Shown in pieces: positions 20,865 through 28,600 of a stretch of DNA of 64,000 nucleotides (positions are counted from its first letter, which is position 1; each line of letters begins with the position of its first letter). The DNA is taken from positions 8,173-72,172 of the forward strand of contig JBFMEN010000029.1 of the NCBI GenBank assembly GCA_040753435.1. The letters are read 5' to 3'. The translations under genes were made by a program, and so were the position numbers. Below the pieces are notes generated by a model, which was not told the DNA's origin, searched no databases, and was given only the letters and a program-made list of their open reading frames with translations. This DNA is from Candidatus Omnitrophota bacterium. GTDB taxonomy: Bacteria > Omnitrophota > Gorgyraeia > Zapsychrales > JANLHA01.

Positions 20865-22928
20865 ATGAAAATCAGCCTGAACTGGATTAAAGATTATGTT
20901 GTCCCCGGAATTCCTGCAGATGAACTTGCCAGGCGTTTGACCATGGCGGGACTGGAAGTGGAAAAGAGTGAAACTGTCGGCGGCGATACGGTTTTTGAAT
21001 TTGAAATTACGCCCAACCGCCCGGACTGTTTAAACATGATCGGACTGGCGCGGGAGATTTCCGCGGTTTTAAAAAAGCCGTTGATCCTGCCGAAGATTAC
21101 TGCAAGAAAGTTTCCAGCGAAAAAATGTGATGTGACCATTGAGGCTTCCGAAGCCTGCACCCGGTACATCGGGACTGTGATCGAAGGCGTTAAGATTTCG
21201 CCTGCGCCGGCACAATTGCGCAAGCGCCTTGTTGCATTGGGAAGCCGGCCGATCAGTAACGTCGTGGACATCACCAATTACTGTTTGTTTGAAATTGGTC
21301 AGCCGCTGCACGCTTTTGATCTGGACAAGCTGGAAGGAAAAAAAATTGTAGTGCGTTTTGCAAAAAAAGGCGAAAAGATCGTCACGCTGGACGGCATTGA
21401 GCGGGAGCTCGATCCGTCCGTTCTGGTCATCGCCGATGCCAGGAAACCGGTGGCGCTCGCCGGGATAATGGGCGGCGCCAACAGCGAGGTCACGGAAAAC
21501 ACCAAAAATATTTTGCTTGAAAGCGCCTGTTTCGATCCGGTTTTAATCCGGCGGACCGCCAGAAAACTGGGACTGTCCAGCGACTCGTCTTACCGTTTTG
21601 AACGGGGGGTGGTTTTTGAGTACGTGGCGACCGGAGCAAACCGGGCGGTAGACCTGATTTTGGAGTCTGCCGGCGGAACGGTAATCTCCCGTTCGGATGT
21701 TATGGGTTTGAATCCCACCCGCCGCTTTTTAAAAACCGTAACACTGAACCTTGAAAAAATGAACGCGTTCCTGGGGGCGAAGGTTCCGCAAACCGAAGCC
21801 AAACGGATTTTGAAAGCGCTGGGTTTTTCGTTTACAACCGGCAAGGCTTCCGCACTGAAGGTCAAGCCGCCGGTTTTCAGGCCGGATGTCCAGCGGCCCG
21901 AAGACCTTTACGAGGAAATCGCCCGGGTCCTCGGCTACAACAATCTCCCGTCATCGTTTCCCTGTGTCAAAATGACCGGAATGAATTCAAATCAATCCCG
22001 GAAGAAACGGCATGAAATTGCTGAGCGTCTTTTATCGCTGGGTTTTAGCGAAGTCCTGACTTACACCCTGATCAACAGGGAACAGGCGGTCAACGCCGGT
22101 GTTTCGAACCTCTCGTTTATGAAGGTTTTAAATCCGTTAAGCAAAGACCAGGAGGCCCTTCGGCCCCATTTGCTCCCGAGCCTGCTTCAAGCCGCCAAGA
22201 CAAATTTAAACCACGGGCAAAAAGACCTGATGATTTTTGAAACCGGCAAAGCGTATCCTCACGGCGGTGAACGCGAAGAGCTCGGAATTTTATTAACCGG
22301 CGACGCTGCACATGACTGGCGGATTTCTGGCGCGCGTACAGTTGATTTTTACGATCTGAAAGGTGCGGTCGAGATTGCGGTTGGACCATTTGTATCCGGA
22401 GACATAATTTTTAAAGTCAGCGAAGAACAATTTTTGGAGGAAGGCCAGCGCGCGGACGTTTTTGTCGGGCAGCCAGAAGATACTTCCGGAAAGGCTTCCT
22501 CAAAAAAGATCGGCGTTTGCGGCAAGGTTGGCAGTCAGGTTCTTGAGCAAAACGGCATCAGGCAGGACAATGTTTTTTTTGCACAGATCGATCTTGAGGT
22601 TGTTTATGCCCTGACTAAAAAAGAGAAAGCTTATGTCCCTGCTTGCGAGTTTCCCGGCATTGCCCGTGATGTCAGCATTGCTGTCAGCAAAAACATCTTT
22701 TTTGACGAGATCTGCCGGGTTGTCCGGCAGTTTGGCGGAGAGTTTTTGCGGACAATTCAGTTAAAAGAACAGTATCTCGGGGAGAAAATCCCTGCCGATC
22801 AGCGAGGACTGGTTTTTTCCGTAGTTTATCAGGCCCCGGACCGGACCCTGACTGAAGAAGAAATCCAGACCGTTCATGAAAACGTTCTGCGAAAACTTAT
22901 CGAGCGTCTGGGCGCGTTGATCCGGTAA
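20865..22928 (+). CDS. pheT: Phenylalanyl-tRNA synthetase beta subunit (short, no B2 OB domain)
   Basis: ITPNRPDCL, VVDITNY, GQPLHAFD, SYRFERG, RPEDLYEEIAR, C-terminal FDX-ACB. Confidence 0.97.
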   Translation: MKISLNWIKDYVVPGIPADELARRLTMAGLEVEKSETVGGDTVFEFEITPNRPDCLNMIGLAREISAVLKKPLILPKITARKFPAKKCDVTIEASEACTRYIGTVIEGVKISPAPAQLRKRLVALGSRPISNVVDITNYCLFEIGQPLHAFDLDKLEGKKIVVRFAKKGEKIVTLDGIERELDPSVLVIADARKPVALAGIMGGANSEVTENTKNILLESACFDPVLIRRTARKLGLSSDSSYRFERGVVFEYVATGANRAVDLILESAGGTVISRSDVMGLNPTRRFLKTVTLNLEKMNAFLGAKVPQTEAKRILKALGFSFTTGKASALKVKPPVFRPDVQRPEDLYEEIARVLGYNNLPSSFPCVKMTGMNSNQSRKKRHEIAERLLSLGFSEVLTYTLINREQAVNAGVSNLSFMKVLNPLSKDQEALRPHLLPSLLQAAKTNLNHGQKDLMIFETGKAYPHGGEREELGILLTGDAAHDWRISGARTVDFYDLKGAVEIAVGPFVSGDIIFKVSEEQFLEEGQRADVFVGQPEDTSGKASSKKIGVCGKVGSQVLEQNGIRQDNVFFAQIDLEVVYALTKKEKAYVPACEFPGIARDVSIAVSKNIFFDEICRVVRQFGGEFLRTIQLKEQYLGEKIPADQRGLVFSVVYQAPDRTLTEEEIQTVHENVLRKLIERLGALIR

Positions 22929-23001
22929 AATCCGGATTCCCCGGCCGCAACCCGGTTCCGGTTTTGGAGTCTTGTAAAAAAGGCGGGAGCTTTTCTTGAA
23001 A

Positions 23002-23229
23002 ATGCGAACGACAAAACCATCAGCATTTACCCTCCTCGAAATCATTATTGTCATTATTATTATCGGCGTTCTTGCCGGCCTTGGATTGCCGCGGCTTTTT
23101 AAGTCAATAGAAGAGTCCCGGTTGTCGGAAGCCGCGGCGAACATTTCGTCACTCCGCAGCGCAGCCGAGCCTTTAAAACTGTTTTTCGATCTCGCTCGAG
23201 CACAATTGCGCGCAAAACCATTATTTTGA
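23002..23229 (+). pseudogene. Short or truncated type IV pilin-like ORF
   Basis: Class III signal SA/FTLLEIIIVIIIIGVLAGLGLP plus the alpha1 helix, but stops after ~75 aa without a globular domain. Confidence 0.6.
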
Positions 23230-23283
23230 AAGTTTTTTGGCAATGGTTCATGTGAATTAATTCGACCTTCGCCGAAAGCCCGG

Positions 23284-23311
23284 TTGATTTTTTGAAATCC
23301 GGCGGTATAAT
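23284..23311 (+). promoter_or_regulatory. Promoter of 6S RNA
   Basis: TTGATT-N16-TATAAT just upstream of the RNA 5' end. Confidence 0.6.
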
Positions 23312-23315
23312 AACA

Positions 23316-23469
23316 ATCGCCCTGCGGTGTGCGTTAGCGCTAAAAAAAATGAACCAACGCATCTATAAAGGGACGCCAAACTTCCGACAGTCCTTATGGG
23401 CTGCCGGGGAGGTACCCACGTGGTTACCAGGTTCTCTTTAATTTAGTGCGACGGCATTCGCGGGGCATT
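23316..23469 (+). ncRNA. ssrS: 6S RNA
   Basis: Closing stem GCCCTGCGGTGTGCGT / ACGGCATTCGCGGGGC, A/U-rich central bubble, TGAACC...GGGA...CCCAC...GGTTC motifs; pheT-6S-rarA/ygfA context. Confidence 0.8.
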
Positions 23470-23473
23470 TTTA

Positions 23474-23576
23474 ATTTCGCTTGCAAGGGTTCATACCCCG
23501 CAGCTTGCTGCGCGGAATGAAGCCTTTTTCAGGATACCTCGAGGCTCGCCTCGAGGAGTTAAGGCAGGCTTCATTT
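23474..23576. mobile_element. 103-bp MITE/PATE-like element, copy 1
   Basis: Two hairpins CCCGCAGCTTGCTGCG and CCTCGAGGCTCGCCTCGAGG, each preceded by ATAC; 101/103 identical to 25046-25148. Confidence 0.65.
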
Positions 23577-23593
23577 CCCCGTTTAAATTTCAT

Positions 23594-23622
23594 GTAGAGA
23601 CGTCCCGTCGGGACGTCTCTAC
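23594..23622. repeat. GTAG-type REP-like palindrome
   Basis: GTAGAGACGTCCC-gtc-GGGACGTCTCTAC; arms identical to those at 19633-19681. Confidence 0.85.
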
Positions 23623-23666
23623 GCATCAAAGCCTTTCCTTAGGGGGAACCACGAGCATCATTAATC

Positions 23667-25010
23667 ATGAAAAAACAAAAAACATCCTTCAACAACAACC
23701 CCGACTTTTTTTCTGAAGAACAACAACGTGAAATTCTTAAAACATCCCCGTTAAGCGTCAGGATGCGGCCCCAGGTCCTTGAAGAATACGCAGGACAGCG
23801 GCATATCCTGGGGGAAGGAAAACTGCTTACCCGTGCAATTGAATCGGACCGGATCAGCTCGTTGATTCTTTACGGCCCTCCGGGAACAGGGAAAACCACG
23901 CTGGCGTACTGTATCAGCAATAAAACGGATGCGATTTTTGAACGCGTCAACGCCGTGGCGTCAAATGTTGAAGAATTGCGTCAGATCATTTCCGGGGCGC
24001 AAAACCGGAGGCTCACTTCCGGAAGGAAAACGATCGTCTTCATTGATGAAATCCACCGTTTTAACAAGGCCCAGCAGGACGTTTTAATGCCTGATGTGGA
24101 AACCGGAAATATTATTCTCATCGGCGCCACGACGCTCAACCCGTTTTTTTCCCTGGTCAGTCCTTTATTGTCGCGTTCGCTGGTCTTTGAGCTCCAGCCG
24201 CTTTCAACTGAAGATATTCTGGAGTTGCTTCACCGGGCTTTGAAGGACAAGGAGCGCGGGCTCGGTTTCCTGAATGTGAAAGCTGACGCGAAGGCCCTTC
24301 GTTTTCTGGCTGAAACAAGCGACGGGGACGCCAGACGAGCCTTGAATGCCCTTGAGATCGGGGTTTTGACAACTCCAAAATCCGCTGACGGAAGCATTAA
24401 TTTGTCAATGGATGTCGCCCAGGAATCCATCCAGAAAAAACAGGTCGTCTATGACAGAGACGGCGACGCGCATTATGACACGATTTCCGCGTTTATTAAA
24501 TCCATGCGCGGCTCGGATCCCGACGCGACGCTCTATTGGCTGGCCAAAATGATTTATGCCGGCGAAGATCCCCGTTTTATCGCCCGCCGGATTTCAATTT
24601 GCGCGGCTGAAGATGTGGGAAATGCCGATCCCCAGGCCCTGGTCCTGGCCATGGCAGCTTTTAACGCCGCAGAGGTCCTTGGTTTGCCCGAAGCCCGTAT
24701 CCCTTTGGCCCAGGCCGCGGTTTATGTCGCATGCGCCCCGAAATCCAATTCCGTTATTACAGGCATTGACCAGGCCCTGGCGGATGTTAAAGAAAACAAA
24801 ATCCAGTTCGTTCCCGTTCATTTAAAAGACGCCCATTATCCCGGAGCCAAAACACTGAAGCACGGCGAAGGGTACAAATACGCGCATAATTATGAAGGGC
24901 ATTATGTTGATCAGGAGTACATGCCGGAAAAGACGGTTTATTATCACCCAGGTGATGAAGGATATGAGCAAAAAATCAAGGAAAGAATAAAAAAACGGCG
25001 AAAAAGCTGA
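23667..25010 (+). CDS. rarA: Replication-associated recombination protein A (MgsA/RarA)
   Basis: PLSVRMRP, GPPGTGKTT, IDEIHRFNKAQQD, ISAFIKSMRGSDPDA, EDVGNADP, PKSNS. Confidence 0.97.
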   Translation: MKKQKTSFNNNPDFFSEEQQREILKTSPLSVRMRPQVLEEYAGQRHILGEGKLLTRAIESDRISSLILYGPPGTGKTTLAYCISNKTDAIFERVNAVASNVEELRQIISGAQNRRLTSGRKTIVFIDEIHRFNKAQQDVLMPDVETGNIILIGATTLNPFFSLVSPLLSRSLVFELQPLSTEDILELLHRALKDKERGLGFLNVKADAKALRFLAETSDGDARRALNALEIGVLTTPKSADGSINLSMDVAQESIQKKQVVYDRDGDAHYDTISAFIKSMRGSDPDATLYWLAKMIYAGEDPRFIARRISICAAEDVGNADPQALVLAMAAFNAAEVLGLPEARIPLAQAAVYVACAPKSNSVITGIDQALADVKENKIQFVPVHLKDAHYPGAKTLKHGEGYKYAHNYEGHYVDQEYMPEKTVYYHPGDEGYEQKIKERIKKRRKS

Positions 25011-25045
25011 TAATTCTTGCTTGTCGCAGGGGTTGTTTAATTTTG

Positions 25046-25148
25046 ATTTCGCTTGCAAGGGTTCATACCCCGTAGCTTGCTGCGCGGAATGAAGCCTTTT
25101 TCAGGATACCTCGAGGCTCGCCTCGAGGAGTTAAGGTAGGCTTCATTT
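25046..25148. mobile_element. 103-bp MITE/PATE-like element, copy 2
   Basis: Direct repeat of 23474-23576 with two C/T differences. Confidence 0.65.
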
Positions 25149-25206
25149 GACCAGGATTTTTTAAAAAAAAGCTGTTTCGATTTATAAAAAGAACAATATT
25201 TCCAAA

Positions 25207-25234
25207 AAAGACCGAATTTCCATTCGGTCTTTTT
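25207..25234 (+). terminator. Probable bidirectional terminator after rarA
   Basis: AAAAGACCGAAT-ttcc-ATTCGGTCTTTT. Confidence 0.6.
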
Positions 25235-25490
25235 AATTTAAAAATGTTTTTTAGAGAAACTGCCCGCCCGTTTGTCCTCCAGAAATATGTTTTTAGTCTT
25301 TACCAGTTGGCGCATAATCAAGTTGCCCGGGGAGCAGGAACTACACACTTTTGGAAAGTTACAACTTTTGAGCAAATCCAGGTTTAATTGGCGCCAGAGG
25401 ATTTCCTGGGAATTCTCCTAAATGCTTAAAATTTTAGGTGGTTTGATGGGTTTTAGTGACGAAAAAAACAGAATTATTTATCGACGGGCT

Positions 25491-25606
25491 GGTAACATGA
25501 ATTATGAGTCAACGAAGCCCGTTTTTAAATTCTTCGGTAACATTTAACATGAGTCAATTTTTTATTCGGTCTTTATTGACAATATTATTATATTATATGC
25601 TATACT
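25491..25606 (+). promoter_or_regulatory. Giant-gene promoter with two upstream 22-bp direct-repeat boxes
   Basis: GGTAACAT-N5-ATGAGTCAA at 25491-25512 and 25536-25557; TTGACA 25576-25581; TGn-TATACT 25598-25606. Confidence 0.55.
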
Positions 25607-25676
25607 TACAAATATTTACGCAGTGTTGCTTTTCCCCGAACGAAAGTCGTTTCATTTCAAAAAGATAGGACTTTTC

Positions 25677-28600
25677 ATGATTCGCCGCATAACGGCTTCC
25701 ATCATTCTGGCCGTTTTTATTTTAACTATTCCTGCTCAAATGGGAATCGCGCAAGTTTTCACGCCGGTTCCAATGCCCACACAAACAGTTGGTATCAGCA
25801 ACACGTTTTTTCCTCCATTGATGGTCGGAATCCAGGTTGATCCGCAAAATCCGCTAAAATTTGATTTTTTTATGTCAAAAGGGCAAGAAAAGCTCGAAGA
25901 AAACATTAAAAAACAAGAATATTTAAAAATTTTGCGCTATTTTCTTGCGTCAATGACGATTCCTGAGGATCATCTCTGGGTTAACCTTTCTCCAACAGAG
26001 AAAGACCGGATTATCGCGGATGATTTCAGCAGAACTCAAATGGGCATGGATTTGTTGGCCCAGGATTATTTTCTGAAACAACTAACGTCTTCATTAATGA
26101 ATCCAGATGATGAAAGCGGCAAAAAGTTTTGGAAAAAAATTAAAAAAGAGGCTAAAAAACGATATGGAATTACAGAAATTCAAACAAGTGTTTTAAATCG
26201 TGTTTGGGTTCTTCCTGAAAAAGCGATTGTGTATGAACAGGAAAAATCAGCATGGGTAATTTATTGCCGGCTGAAGGTGATGCTGGAAGAAGATTTTTTA
26301 AGTTCCCCGGATCCCCAGTTCCCTGGTTCCGCAGCAAAGGATTTGACCGGGGCGCCGGGGCACGGGGGCACTGGGGAACTTGAAAAGCAGGTTATGCGCG
26401 AGGTAATCATTCCCGAATTGGAGCGCGAGGTCAACGAAGGGAAAAACTTTGCCGTCCTGCGTCAGATTGTCAATGCAATGGTAATGGCCGAATGGTACAA
26501 GAGGTCATTAAAGGAAAGTATTTTAGGGAAGGCTTATGTTAATCAGTCCAAGGTCAGCGGAATCGATACGGAAGATTTTAAACGGAAACAGCAGATTTAT
26601 GACGCTTATTTGAAGTCATTTCAACAGGGCGTTTATGATTTTATTTATGAAGATATTGATGAAGAGACCGGAGCGATTTCGCCGCAACACTATTTTTCAG
26701 GAGGATATCAGCCCGATTTAAAAAAGGCTGTTAGCGTTGTTGATGACCCTGGAGAAATCCCCCTTCAATATCGTGTTCCTTCCGAGCAATACATAAAAAA
26801 AGTAACTCAGTCCGGAATTGATCGTGTGACCGGCGGAGCGCAACTGGTAAGTTCCCCGGAGCAACAATCCACCCCAGCAAAGAGCCCTTCCGGGGAAAAT
26901 TTATCCACAAAAGGCAAGGACATTCCTTCAGACAAGGAAGCCGCAGAAAAAGGTTCTACCGGGAAACAGGGTGGGGGGCTTGATCATGCCATGCTCGCTG
27001 ATTTTAAACCCTCCAAAGATTACAGCAGGCTGGAATTTCCAGAGCTGGCAGAGGATTTTTTTCAATTGATGCAAAAATTTGTCGAGTCCCTGGACGAGGA
27101 GGAGTGGGGGCAAGCTAAACAGGTGTATGTAGATTTGAAAACGATGACCGGGTTTTTAAGCGGGAAAGCGAAGGCGCAATCTTTTGAAGATTTTCGGAAA
27201 ACTACAGGGGCGATTCTGGATCGGACGGAAATTTTTCTTCAGTTGTTCGGCGGGCGGCAGGTGAACACGGAACAGGGTTCGGCCGTCTCCGTGGACATGA
27301 ACGTTCTTCAAAAGGAAATGGTCCAGATTGGGCAGAAGAAATTTTCTGAACAGACACGAAAGCTGATTGATCAAATCATTGAGGAAGTTGTCAGCGAGCT
27401 CTTTGATGATGAGGCTGAGAAGAGAAAGTGGCGGGAAAAACTGACGCGGGATATTGTGATGATGAATTTTGAAAACATGATCCCGGAAAAGGTTATCGGC
27501 GACATCGCCGCGCATAAAGATTATTTGATCAGCACGGTCCTTGAAATGACAAAAGGCCTGGGGCAAGCTGAAGGGTTTTTTGATCCATATGCCTCCTCGC
27601 GGAAAGTTTTCTTGAAAGATTTCGACGGGAATGAAGCGTTGTTCAGGGGCGTCGTTGAGCATGAGCTTACGCATTACGGCATTTTCCGTATTCCTGAACA
27701 ATGGGAAAACATTTCATTCGCCGTCTCACTGTTGGCAGCGATTTCTTTTGCTGAAAAACAGGGCCAGGCAATCGATGTTTATTTTAAGGAATTTTCCGAT
27801 CCGCATGTTTTTACTCCTGCTCTTGTAAAAGCCTTGTTTGAAAAAGGGCGGGTGATGGGGCAAGGCGGCGAGACCGGTTTTATCGTTTCGCCTGGCGTTT
27901 CCGACCGGAACGCCGGATACTTTTCGACCGAGTATTTGCTGTCTTTGACAAGAGAGGTTTTTGAAGAGACCGGGGCGCGGACCGATCTTTTACACGATGA
28001 TTATCAAAAACAGCGCGCGGCCGGGATGATGATCGCAGGCATGTTGCTGGGCATGAATGACAAGGATGCCGCAAAAAAACCTCTCCGGCTGTTAAAAGAT
28101 TTTTTTGATGTGCTGTATGAACGCTACGGCGATCCGACCGAAGCCAGCCCTCAAACCGGTTCCGGGGTTAAAAAATTAATTCAGGATCTTGAAAAATATC
28201 TTTCCTCTTCGGCAGGGATGATCGTCAAGCTCAAACCCGTCGCGAGCGGATCCTGGAATTTCAGGACAACAGGGCAGTTTTCGGCTGAGGTGGATTTTGT
28301 TATTTCCGACCTTTTTCCCCGTTTCTACGACGGGAAAGATAAAAATGATGCTGAGGGACAGATGGAGGCCGCCCGGGAACGGGCCTTCGGCCAGGCGTTT
28401 CTCGCGTTATCGAAAACAAAGAACGGGATGCGCCACCTGATGCACGGGCTGGACCCGTCTATTCAGAACGAGCCAGCTTCGATCCATTTATGGGACACAC
28501 TGTTGTTGTCAAAGTCCGCGAAGATCGGGGTGGATGTGAACGCGCAAAAGCTGAGAACCGGATCCATTGAGGAACAATTTACCGGTTCAGGACGCTGGAT

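Noticed and set aside
23099-23362. 87-aa minus-strand ORF, and 22761-23243
   Set aside because: Antisense to the pilin fragment, 6S promoter and pheT end; no recognisable motifs
23474-25148. Possible CRISPR array
   Set aside because: Only two 103-bp copies separated by a whole gene; no repeat-spacer periodicity and no cas genes
25484-25522. Riboswitch upstream of the giant gene (ACGGGCT/AGCCCGT stem)
   Set aside because: Lies upstream of the predicted promoter and lacks motifs of riboswitch classes I recognise; a DNA operator is the simpler reading
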